The notes under the pieces are model-generated. The model was not told the origin of the DNA and searched no databases. It worked only from the letters and a program-made list of their open reading frames with translations. A stretch of 32,000 nt of DNA, taken from contig NZ_CP042911.1 in NCBI RefSeq assembly GCF_008065095.1, positions 8,370,001 through 8,402,000 on the forward strand. Direction: 5' to 3'. The translations under genes were made by a program, and so were the position numbers. The DNA comes from Gemmata obscuriglobus (GTDB taxonomy: Bacteria > Planctomycetota > Planctomycetia > Gemmatales > Gemmataceae). This document shows positions 7,913-16,136 of this stretch, piece after piece; position 1 is the stretch's first letter; each line of letters begins with the position of its first letter.

Positions 7913-9232
7913 ATGCTCCTTGATCTCGTTTACTTGTTGGCTCTGCTCGCGCTCTCGCCGTGGCTGCTCTGGCGCGCGGCTCGAACCGGTCGCTATCGCC
8001 AGAACCTTGCCGCGAAGTTGTTCGGACGAGTCCGCATCACCAACCCGATGCGAAAGCCGGTGGCGTGGTTTCACGCGGTCAGCGTAGGTGAGGTCAATCT
8101 GCTCGGGACGCTCGTTCCGGCCTTCCGCAAGCGACATCCCGACTGGCACGTCGTCGTGTCGTCTACCACCGATACCGGGCTCGGCGAGGCCAAACGCCGG
8201 TTCACCGATCTGGATGTGATCGCGTGGCCGTTCGACTTCACCTGGGCGGTCGCGTGGGCACTTTGCGCGGTAAAGCCTTCGTTGGTGGTTCTCGCCGAAA
8301 GCGAACTGTGGCCGAACTTTCTCGCCGCTGCACGTCAGAAAAATGTGCCCGTGGTCGTGGTGAACGCGCGGGTGAGCCCGCGTAGTTTCCGGCGCCTGAA
8401 GCGTGTGGCCGGACTCGCCCGACTGTTGTTGTTCCGCCACGTGACGCGATTCGCGGTCCAAGAGGCGGACTACACCGACCGCCTCCGGCAACTCGGCGTA
8501 ACGGGTACGAAGCTCGTCACGACGGGGTCGATCAAGTACGACGGCGCGCTGCGCACACGCAGCACACCAGAAACGGAGCGGCTGCGCGGGCTTCTTGGTC
8601 TGGTCGGACCTGATCCGTCGGGCGGCTCCTCCCTCGTTCTGCTGGCCGGCAGCACACACGCGCCAGAGGAAACAACCGTCCTCGACGTGTTCGCTCGGTT
8701 GCGCACGCGATTCCCGCACGTGAAACTGCTCCTCGTCCCGCGTCACCCCGATCGTTTCGAGGAGGTCGTGCGGCTCGTCGAAGCCTCGCAACTGCCGTTC
8801 GTGCGCCGTTCCACCGTTTCGACCCCTCTGGCCGAAGCCCCGGCGGTCATGTTACTCGACACGGTGGGCGAACTCGGCGCCGCGTGGGGATTGGCGGACG
8901 TTGGATTTACCGGCGGGAGCCTCGACGGAGTGCGTGGCGGGCAGAGCATGATCGAGCCCGCAGGGTACGGGGTGCCGTGCGTGTTCGGGCCGCACGTGTG
9001 GAACTTCCGCGACGCCGCCAAACGCCTAGTTGAAGCGGGCGGGGCCTTAATGGTGCCCGACGCAAATGTCCTTGAGGCGGAGTTGATGAAGCTCCTTAAC
9101 GACCCCGACCTGCGGGCGCGAATGGGTCGTTCGGCCCGCGAACTGGTCCAGCGCCAACAGGGCGCGACGTTTCGCACGCTCGACGTAATTGATTCCGTCA
9201 TCCCTTCACTTGCGGTCGCTCGCGCCGCATAA
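7913..9232 (+). CDS. waaA: 3-deoxy-D-manno-octulosonic acid (Kdo) transferase
   Basis: An N-terminal membrane anchor (MLLDLVYLLALLALSPWLLW) is followed by the family signature WFHAVSVGEVNLLGTLVPAFRKRHPDWHVVVSSTTDTGLGEA and a GT-B C-terminal half. The track ORF begins at 7850; Met at 7913 is preferred as the start. Confidence 0.85.
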   Translation: MLLDLVYLLALLALSPWLLWRAARTGRYRQNLAAKLFGRVRITNPMRKPVAWFHAVSVGEVNLLGTLVPAFRKRHPDWHVVVSSTTDTGLGEAKRRFTDLDVIAWPFDFTWAVAWALCAVKPSLVVLAESELWPNFLAAARQKNVPVVVVNARVSPRSFRRLKRVAGLARLLLFRHVTRFAVQEADYTDRLRQLGVTGTKLVTTGSIKYDGALRTRSTPETERLRGLLGLVGPDPSGGSSLVLLAGSTHAPEETTVLDVFARLRTRFPHVKLLLVPRHPDRFEEVVRLVEASQLPFVRRSTVSTPLAEAPAVMLLDTVGELGAAWGLADVGFTGGSLDGVRGGQSMIEPAGYGVPCVFGPHVWNFRDAAKRLVEAGGALMVPDANVLEAELMKLLNDPDLRARMGRSARELVQRQQGATFRTLDVIDSVIPSLAVARAA

Positions 9233-9276
9233 CCTCAGTTACAATTGGCCCGGTGAACTCACGACCCGAGGCGCGA

Positions 9277-9537
9277 ATGATCCGGGCGTACACTTTCAGC
9301 GCCGCGGGCGGGCACGCCGTCAACGAGGACGTGTTTCTCGTGTGCGAGGTGCCGGGCGGTTATGTCGTCGCGCTCGCCGACGGCCAGGGCGTGCACGCAG
9401 GCGGCGCTCGGGCGGCCCGACTCGCCTGTCAAGTCGCACTTGAAGAGTTGATGCGCGGGCCTGAGACCGATTGGGCCGACGCTTTGTCACGCGCCGACAA
9501 CGCCGTCGCGGCCGATTCCACGGCCGGATTCACCACG
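9277..9537 (+). pseudogene. PP2C-family Ser/Thr phosphatase, N-terminal part (interrupted by ISAs1)
   Basis: MIRAYTFSAAGGHAVNEDVFLVCEVPGGYVVALADGQGVHAGGARAARLACQVAL...STAGFTT is a PP2C_2-like pattern. The frame is broken exactly at the IS boundary, 9537/9538. Confidence 0.7.
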
Positions 9538-10845
9538 CAGGGCAAACGCACTCAATCCCCTAGGAATCGCTGGATTCTAGCTAATTTTGAGGCGTGTGAT
9601 CGAGCGGCCATCGCTCGCCTCCTGCGCATGTGCGGCCCCGCCTCCATATGATTCTGGCGCGCCCTCACCGCCTCGGAGTCTGCCGATGAGTGCCGCCCCC
9701 GGCCCACGCCCGTTAATCGAGTACCTGTCCCAGATCCCGGATCCGCGGGTCGAGTTGAAGTGCTTCCACGACTTGATTGATGTACTCATGATCGTGACCT
9801 GTGGGACGATCGTCGGGGCCGATGACTTCGTGTCGATCGCCGAGTTCGCGCGGGCCAAGGAGTCCTGGTTCCGGGACCGGCTGGGGCTGACGCTGCGCAA
9901 CGGGATTCCGTCCCACGACACCCTCAACCGGGTGTTCGCGCTGGTCCGCCCGGAGGCGTTCGGGCGGTGCTTCCGGGCGTGGGTCGCGGACGCCGCCGAG
10001 GGCCTCCGGGTGCCCCACATCCCGATCGACGGGAAGACCATGCGGGGGTCCAAGCGGGTCACCGGCACGGGGGCTCGCAAGGCCACACACATCGTCAGCG
10101 CATGGGCTCAGCAGTTGGGCCTCACGTTGGCCCAGGTGAAGACCGACGAGAAGTCCAACGAGATCACCGCGATCCCGGAACTGCTGGAGCGGCTGGACCT
10201 CGCGGGGGCCCTGGTGAGCATCGACGCGATGGGCACCCAGAAGGACATCGCCCAGCAGATCGTGGCCGCCAAGGGGGACTACCTGCTGGCGGTCAAGGAC
10301 AACCAGCCGCGGCTGCTCGAGGACATCCAGCGGTTGGCCGAGGGGGCCCTAGAGGCGAGCTACGCGGGCCGCTCGACCGACCTCAACGAAGGAACGGGCC
10401 ACGGGCGCGAGGAGATGCGGTTCTGCTTCGTGATCGACGACCTGGAGTCGATCCGGGACCGGAATGTGTGGCCCCGGTTGCGGTCCGTCGTGGTGCTCGT
10501 CAGCAGCCGCACGGTCGCCGGTAGGACGAGCGACGAGGTGCGGTATTACATCAGCTCGCGGAAGGCATCGGCCAAGCGGTTCCAAACGTGGATCCGGGCT
10601 CATTGGTGCATCGAGAATTCATGCCATTGGGTGCTGGATGTCGCGTTCCGAGAAGACGACCACCGACTCCGTGAAGGGCACGGCCCGCAGAATATGGCCC
10701 TCGTGCGCAAGATCGCCTTGGCGATGTTGAAGAAGGCAAACGCCAAATGTGGGATCAAGAACCGGCGACTCAAGGCCGGATGGGATAATACCTACCTCGA
10801 ACAGGTACTACTGAAAAATCCCGAGGATTGAGTGCGTTTGCCCTG
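9538..10845 (+). mobile_element. ISAs1-family insertion sequence (1308 bp)
   Basis: Perfect 21-bp IRs: CAGGGCAAACGCACTCAATCC at 9538-9558 and its reverse complement at 10825-10845. Perfect 10-bp target duplication ATTCACCACG at 9528-9537 and 10846-10855. Confidence 0.92.
9686..10831 (+). CDS. ISAs1-family transposase (H-repeat-associated type)
   Basis: IEYLSQIPDPRVELKCFHDLIDVLMIVTCGTIVGADDFVSIAEFARAKESWFRDRLGLTLRNGIPSHDTLNRVFALVRPEAFGRCFRAWV...IDGKTMRGS...SIDAMGTQKDIAQQIV...GDYLLAVKDNQP...HWCIENSCHWVLDVAFRED. Start taken at Met 9686; the track ORF starts at an upstream TTG, 9587. Confidence 0.9.
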   Translation: MSAAPGPRPLIEYLSQIPDPRVELKCFHDLIDVLMIVTCGTIVGADDFVSIAEFARAKESWFRDRLGLTLRNGIPSHDTLNRVFALVRPEAFGRCFRAWVADAAEGLRVPHIPIDGKTMRGSKRVTGTGARKATHIVSAWAQQLGLTLAQVKTDEKSNEITAIPELLERLDLAGALVSIDAMGTQKDIAQQIVAAKGDYLLAVKDNQPRLLEDIQRLAEGALEASYAGRSTDLNEGTGHGREEMRFCFVIDDLESIRDRNVWPRLRSVVVLVSSRTVAGRTSDEVRYYISSRKASAKRFQTWIRAHWCIENSCHWVLDVAFREDDHRLREGHGPQNMALVRKIALAMLKKANAKCGIKNRRLKAGWDNTYLEQVLLKNPED

Positions 10846-10855
10846 ATTCACCACG

Positions 10856-10947
10856 CTGGTCGCGTTACGGGTAACAGCGGGACACGTCACCGGGCCATCG
10901 TGTGGTGACAGCGCGGCAGTCGTGATGTGCGGCGGCGGCCCCACAGG
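10856..10947 (+). pseudogene. PP2C phosphatase, continuation after ISAs1, truncated again by an IS3-like end
   Basis: With the IS and one duplication copy removed, the frame reads STAGFTT-LVALRVTAGHVTGPSCGDSAAVVMCGGGP (PP2C core). It then runs into the terminal repeat at 10948. Confidence 0.6.
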
Positions 10948-11129
10948 TGGAGTTCCCCCACGAAAAGTAGACGTGCTTTAGTACTACAGCGCCTCTGGTT
11001 GTCCCCGACTCCGCCTCTCGACATCGGCTGCGCTCAACACGGCCTGGCGGCGCTTGCGGTGGCACCCTTTGGCGATCCGGTTGCGCTCCTGTCGCCACCG
11101 GGACCACGTCAGGATTTGGTCCTCTGGGA
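10948..11129 (-). mobile_element. Orphan terminal fragment of an IS3-like element (one end only)
   Basis: 10948-10972, TGGAGTTCCCCCACGAAAAGTAGAC, equals the 5022-5045 end of the first IS3 apart from one extra C. A minus-strand ORF tail (...CHRKRRQAVLSAADVERRSRGQPEAL*) stops 11 nt from it (10984-10986). Interior sequence differs from the first IS3. The fragment is cut by the second IS3 at 11130. Confidence 0.5.
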
Positions 11130-11159
11130 TGCTGACGATTTGGCGGACAGTCCAGCTGC

Positions 11160-12038
11160 TTAGTTCTGGGCCATGGTGCGGGTTACGAATTGGTGGGGTG
11201 TAAGGTAGCCGATCGCCGAATGCTCCCGCTCGAGTCGGTAGTACCTCACGTACTCCGCGACGACCGTCCGGGCCGCCGCGACACTGTCACACTCGGCCAC
11301 TTCGAGTTCGCGCTTGATCGAACTCCAACAACTTTCCATGAACGCGTTGTCGTAGCAGTTGTCCGCCCGACTCATGCTCTGCTTCATTGAGGCACGACGC
11401 AGCACAGCTCGATACTCGGTGCCGGCGTACTGCCCGCCGCGATCCGTGTGATGCACCAGACCGGCCCTCGGTTGGCGCTCGCGGATCGCACGGCGCAACA
11501 CGTCCAGCACCAGCGGCTCCGTCATCGTCGCGTCAATCGACCACGCCACGATGTCACGCGAGTACCGGTCCAGCAACGCGGCCAGGTACCCGAACCCGCC
11601 GCCACGCAGCGGCAGGTACGTGATGTCGCCAACCCACAACTCATCGACCCGCGTCGGCTCATCCGCCTCGAGCAACAGGTTCGGGCTGTACCCCAGGGTG
11701 TGACGCGAGTCGGTCGTCTTGGGTACGAACGACCTCGGCTGGATCGCTCGCAAGCCCTGGCTTTTTAGGACCCACGCGACGCGCTTCGGGCTGCACACGA
11801 TGTCCTCGTCCGCCAATTCCGAGGCGATGCGTCGGGCCCGGTAGCGACGGCGATGCCTCACGAAGATGTCCACGATGGCGGGTGTGAGTTCGTCGAGCTC
11901 CTGCTCGCGAGCACCGGGTTCTCGGGTGAGCCAGTCGTAGTACGCCGAGCGACTCACCTCGAGCGCGTCGCAGATCGTGACCGTAGGAATGCTCGTGTCC
12001 TGAGCGATGGACTCGATGGCGGCATACACGTCGCTCAC
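11160..12038 (-). CDS. IS3-family OrfB (rve integrase-core transposase)
   Basis: 292-aa ORF: ...ALEVSRSAYYDWL...RRRYRARRIASEL...LWVGDITYLPLRGGGFGYLAALLDRYSRDIVAWSI...VHHTDRGGQYAG...SMSRADNCYDNAFMESCWSSIKRE...HSAIGYLTPHQF. The D, D, E context is intact. Confidence 0.9.
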   Translation of the reverse strand: MSDVYAAIESIAQDTSIPTVTICDALEVSRSAYYDWLTREPGAREQELDELTPAIVDIFVRHRRRYRARRIASELADEDIVCSPKRVAWVLKSQGLRAIQPRSFVPKTTDSRHTLGYSPNLLLEADEPTRVDELWVGDITYLPLRGGGFGYLAALLDRYSRDIVAWSIDATMTEPLVLDVLRRAIRERQPRAGLVHHTDRGGQYAGTEYRAVLRRASMKQSMSRADNCYDNAFMESCWSSIKRELEVAECDSVAAARTVVAEYVRYYRLEREHSAIGYLTPHQFVTRTMAQN

Positions 12039-12336
12039 TCGTTGCGGCCGAAAATGGCGAGCGCTTTTTTAGCACGTCGCGCTCGCGGGTGACGCGGAGC
12101 AACTCGGCTTCGAGTTGCTTCACGCGATCCTCGAGGGTCGAAGCGACGGGGCCGGCATGTTCGAGCTGCCGAGCCTTCCACTTGTACAGGAGCGTGGGGT
12201 CGTCGAGCCCGAGCCGCTCCGCCACGCTGGTCGCCGTGTGCCCATCCAGGAGCATCTGAACGGCTTCGCGGCGGAACTCCTCCGTGAACTTCCGTCGGGA
12301 CGTGGTCGGTGCCGGTGGGCTGGCCTTTCGAGGCAT
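12035..12336 (-). CDS. IS3-family OrfA (HTH); 3' end frame ambiguous at an A6 run
   Basis: MPRKASPPAPTTSRRKFTEEFRREAVQMLLDGHTATSVAERLGLDDPTLLYKWKAR...VKQLEAELLRVTRERDVLKK, up to the run CTAAAAAAG (plus-strand T6 at 12065-12070). The -1 frame gives the typical end ALAIFGRNE* (stop 12035-12037). The literal frame runs on as nonsense to 11659. Confidence 0.75.
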
Positions 12337-12397
12337 CGTCGAACTCCTGTGGCGATGGCCATCTTAGGCAGTTGGGCTGTCCGCCAAATCGTCAGCA

Positions 12398-14727
12398 CCT
12401 CACAGGGCCGGTCCGCCACGGACCCCTGCCATTACCCGTCGGTTCCTCGACGAGGCCAGATCACCGGGCAGCTCCAGCACCTCGGCGTACCGCCCGTTCA
12501 CGACCTCGGCACCTTTCCGGACGGGCGCCCCTTTCTGGTGATGAAACTCATCAAGGGACACACCCTGAGCGACCTGCTGCGCGAGCGCCCGGCTCCCGGG
12601 TACGAGCGGGCGCGGTTCATCCAAGTGTTCGAACAGATCTGCCAGACGGTCGCGTACGCGCACAGCCGGAACGTGATCCATCGGGACCTGAAGACCGCCA
12701 ACGTGATGATCGGGGCGTTCGGCGAGGTTCAGGTCATGGACTGGGGGCTGGCCAAGGTGCTCACGGGCGCGGCCGACGGGGGCGCCGCCGAGCACGGCTC
12801 TCCGGACGACACCGGCCCGGCGAGCGAGATCGAGCTGTCGCGCGACGCCGACCCGCTGACCCGCGCCGGCAGCTCGTTCGGAACCCCGCAGTACATGCCG
12901 CCCGAACAGGCGCAGGGGGAGTGGGCGGCCGTCGGGCCGCGCGCGGACGTGTTCGCGCTGGGCGGCATCCTGTGCGAGGTGCTGACCGGTCGCCCGCCGT
13001 ACACCGGTAAGACCGCGGAGGTACGCGCCAAAGCCGTTCTGGGCACCGTGGGCGACGCGCTCGCACGGCTCGACGCGTGCGGGGCCGAACCGGAGCTGGT
13101 GGAACTGGCGAAGCAGTGCCTCGCGCCGAGCCCTGAGGACCGCCCTTCGGACGGAGCGGCCGTCGCGGACCGAGTTGCGGCGTTCCGGGCGGGGGTGGAG
13201 CTGCGCATCGAGCGCGAGCGGTTGGCCCGGAACGCGGACGCGGTCGGGGCGCTGCTGAAGCAGTGCGAAGACGCTCTTCAGAATGACGACGCCTCCAGTA
13301 CCGCCATCCTCCTCGAGCAGGCCGAGCGGAGGGCCGTGGAGGGGGCGGACGGGTTCGAGCCGCGCCTCGCCCGCGCCCGCGCGGACCTCACCACACTTCA
13401 GGAACTCGACCGGATTGAGGACCTGCGGTGGACCGTTAGCGACAACAAGCTGCCCCCGCGGGCGGCGATCGTCACCGCCTGGGCGGAGGCGCTCCGGCGG
13501 CACGGGATCGCACCCGGGAGCACGCCCCACGCCGCGGTCGGTAAGCTGCTCCGCGAGTCCGTGATCGGGCGCCGGCTCCTCGCCACCCTCGACCAGTGGT
13601 TCGCCTCGGAGCCGTCCGACGCGCTGCTCGAACTGCTCAGTGCGGTCGACCCCAACGCCTACCGGTGCCGGGTGCGCGAGGCGATCCACGCGCGGGACGC
13701 AAAGCGGCTGACCCGGCTCGCGGGCCAACCCGATGCGCTCCAACTGGCGCCACAGTTCGCGGCCGTGCTGGGCGAGCAGGAGAGCATCCGCCCGGAGCGC
13801 CGCACACAGATCCTGCGCGCCGCCCACGAGCGCCAGCCCGACAGCCTGTTGGTGCTGATGGCCCTCGCATCCCCCGGCCCCGCGCCGGCGGCCGACGCCG
13901 CGGCGGAGCGAGTCGGGTGGTACCGAGCGGCTCTGGCGCTCCGGCCGAAGAACGCGGCCGTGTGGAACAACCTCGGCATCACACTGCGTCAGTGCGGCGA
14001 TGTGGACGGGGCGGTGGAGGCGTACCGGCAGGCGTCCCGGTTCGCCCCGACAGACGCCACCGTTCGCTACAACCTCGGGATCGCGCTGCACGCGAAAGGC
14101 GAACTCACACCGGCGGCCGAGTCGTACCGCGAAGCGATCAAGCTTGATCCCGGGTACGCGAAGGCGCACTCCAATTTGGGCCTCGTGCTGCACGATCTCG
14201 GTTCCGCGGAGCAGGAACTGGCCGCGCACCGGCAGGCCATCGCGTGCGACCCGTCGTTCGGTCGCGCCCACTACAACCTCGGGAACGCGCTGGCCCACCA
14301 GGGCGAGCTCGACGCCGCGATCGCCGCTTACCGCGACGCGCTCCGACTCGATCCGGATTACGCGCCCGCGCACCACAACCTGGGGATCGCGCTTCAAAAA
14401 AGCGGCGATTCGGGCGGGGCGGTCGAAGCGATCCGAGAGGCGGTTCGGCGCGACCCGGCCGACGCCGCCGCGCCGCGAACGCTTGCCGCGGTGCTGGAAA
14501 AGAAAGGCGACTTGGCCGGCGCGGCCGCGGCGTACCGGGAGGCGACCGAGCGGGACGCGAAGGACGCGGGCACGTTCTTCCGGCTCGGATGGCTCCTGGA
14601 CCGGATGGGCCAGCCGGCCGAATCGCGGGCCGCGTTCCGACGGGCGGGTAAGCTCGACAAACGGTACGCGAAGTGCGCCACCGGGTCCCGCGTCGAGATC
14701 CTCAAAGCCCTGAACTTCACCGCTTAA
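12398..14727 (+). pseudogene. Hanks-type Ser/Thr protein kinase fused to a C-terminal TPR array; 5' end missing and frameshifted
   Basis: Catalytic-loop and activation-segment motifs are present: NVIHRDLKTANVM, VMDWGLAKV (DFG-equivalent) and FGTPQYMPPE. The Gly-rich loop and VAIK lysine are absent. The sequence begins at the IS3 end with ...AITRRFLDEA in frame 2 and continues QITGQLQHLGVPPVHDLG in frame 1. About seven TPR units follow (NNLGITLRQCGDVDGAVEAYRQA..., HSNLGLVLHDLG..., HYNLGNALAHQGELDAAIAAYRDALRLDP...). Confidence 0.8.
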
Positions 14728-14871
14728 CAGCCTTCCGGCATACGGTTGCGCACGGCGCCAAGAATCCGCTCTGGTCGCGACGCGTCCCGGCGTTAAAGTA
14801 AAGGTCCCCTGACGCGCAGGACGGGCGACCAGGACGGTCGCCGAATCGGGACGCATAGAGGTTCCCCGCAC

Positions 14872-15324
14872 GTGAAAATTCGCCACTTCGCACTCGACGC
14901 ACACGCCCAACTCCGCAAATTCGGCCGCCGGGCGGTTCACGAGGTACTCGCGGGGCGTCTAGACGCTCGGGCGATCGATCCCGCGCTGTCGCGCGAGCTG
15001 GCGCTGGTGACCGTGGTGTGCGACGACAGTTTGATCCCCGAGCAGACGTACCTGCTGCGCGTACCCCTTACCGACGGTGTGCTTACCACCGCAGACCGGT
15101 TGGTGCTCCGGGCGTTCGTGCGTCCGGACTGCGTCACCCCGGGCGAGGCGGTGCGACACCACTTGGCCGGATGGCCGAGCGACCTGTTGCCGCAACTCGC
15201 GGTGGCAATGGATGTACCGGTGGCCGGACTCGGTGAGACGCTCGAGGTCGGCGGGCCGGCGCTTGTCGCGGCGCTGACTGGTCGGTCGATTGGAAGTGTG
15301 GTGCGCGGGTTGGATCGCACGTAA
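14872..15324 (+). CDS. Hypothetical protein (150 aa, GTG start)
   Basis: Open frame with host-like G/C-rich third positions and non-repetitive composition. No recognisable motif. Confidence 0.45.
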   Translation: MKIRHFALDAHAQLRKFGRRAVHEVLAGRLDARAIDPALSRELALVTVVCDDSLIPEQTYLLRVPLTDGVLTTADRLVLRAFVRPDCVTPGEAVRHHLAGWPSDLLPQLAVAMDVPVAGLGETLEVGGPALVAALTGRSIGSVVRGLDRT

Positions 15325-15333
15325 CACGCCGCA

Positions 15334-15366
15334 CCGGGGAGACCGGCTCAAGGGCCGCCTCCCCGG
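15334..15366 (+). terminator. GC-rich hairpin 10 nt after the stop of 14872..15324
   Basis: CCGGGGAG (15334-15341) pairs with CTCCCCGG (15359-15366) around a 17-nt loop. No U-tract, so it is only a possible terminator or stabiliser. Confidence 0.3.
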
Positions 15367-15650
15367 TACGGGAGGTGTTCCGAAGGCGACCCAGAACGTG
15401 AACAAACGTGCCTTGGCAGTGCGAACGGCTGGACACGCCTGGTAATGAAGGCAAAAGTAGGCGAAACGGTAGCTGCGATCCGAATCTCAATACCAGGTCT
15501 TGCGCCGTGTATAGTGCAATCCCGGCGGATGGGCGTAACATACGTCACCATTATTAGTTACCGCACTTCGCAAGACGATTTCGCAACTATTCAGATAAGA
15601 CGGAATTTCTGACACCTCCTGTTTAGCGCCGAATATTTCGACTCAATGGG

Positions 15651-15680
15651 TTGATTCTGACATGGTGTGTGGGCTATAGT
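15651..15680 (+). promoter_or_regulatory. Sigma70-like promoter box
   Basis: TTGATT (15651-15656), an 18-nt spacer, then TATAGT (15675-15680). It lies in an A/T-enriched non-coding stretch. The predicted start is about 7-8 nt downstream, at the foot of the hairpin at 15688. Confidence 0.3.
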
Positions 15681-15687
15681 TCTTTCA

Positions 15688-15750
15688 GACCGGCCGCGGC
15701 AGCCACACTGAATGGGCGACAGTGTGACAGCTTGCGGCCGGTCGTTTTTT
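15688..15750 (+). terminator. Rho-independent terminator-like long hairpin with T6 tail (possibly the body of a ~60-nt sRNA)
   Basis: The outer 10-bp stem GACCGGCCGC (15688-15697) pairs with GCGGCCGGTC (15734-15743). The inner 7-bp stem CACACTG (15704-15710) pairs with CAGTGTG (15720-15726). G then TTTTTT follows at 15745-15750. The reverse strand has no U-tract. Confidence 0.6.
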
Positions 15751-16136
15751 CGTAATTGCTTCTGCAACTCTTTTCTCCGCCGCCCCCATTCTTTTGTGTC
15801 AGCATTCACACCCATTCTGATCGCCGCACATCCCAACCGCTGCTCTTGAGCCACGCGCGATTCACAGAGCATCCCCGAGCGTCTTCAGGCCAGTTCCGGA
15901 TCAAATTGTCACTTTGTAGATCGTTCCCCCGCGCCGTTCGTTTTTGCTGTCGAGGTCGGTAGGCGCGTTGCAAGGCTTTTGAAGGTTCAGGAGATCGCCT
16001 GCGTAGCTCTTACACGGCAGTACACAACGACGGAAGAATGCTCCGCGGTCCGAACGGTCATCGGGTCCTGTAAACGAGTCACGCTGCCGTGCCGGGGCCG
16101 GCAGGCAGCGCGTGAGTTCTCTAATAACGTGTGCGG

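Larger units (their letters stand above)
11130..12397 (-). mobile_element. IS3-family insertion sequence, second copy type (1268 bp)
   Basis: Terminal IRs: TGCTGACGATTTGGCGGACAGTCCAGCTGCT (11130-11160) versus the reverse complement of 12367-12397, TGCTGACGATTTGGCGGACAGCCCAACTGCC. The outer 21 bp are perfect and 28/31 match overall. TG...CA ends. The 3-bp flanks differ (GGA / CCT), so no target duplication. Confidence 0.88.

Noticed and set aside
12115-12397. N-terminal ~95 codons of track ORF 12115..14727
   Set aside because: This part lies inside the second IS3 element, antisense to its orfA. The real kinase-derived sequence starts only at 12398.
12400-14940. 846-aa minus-strand ORF
   Set aside because: It is antisense to the kinase-TPR remnant, whose motifs (HRDLK, TPR units) are unambiguous. 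The composition is Arg/Pro/Gly-rich and featureless.
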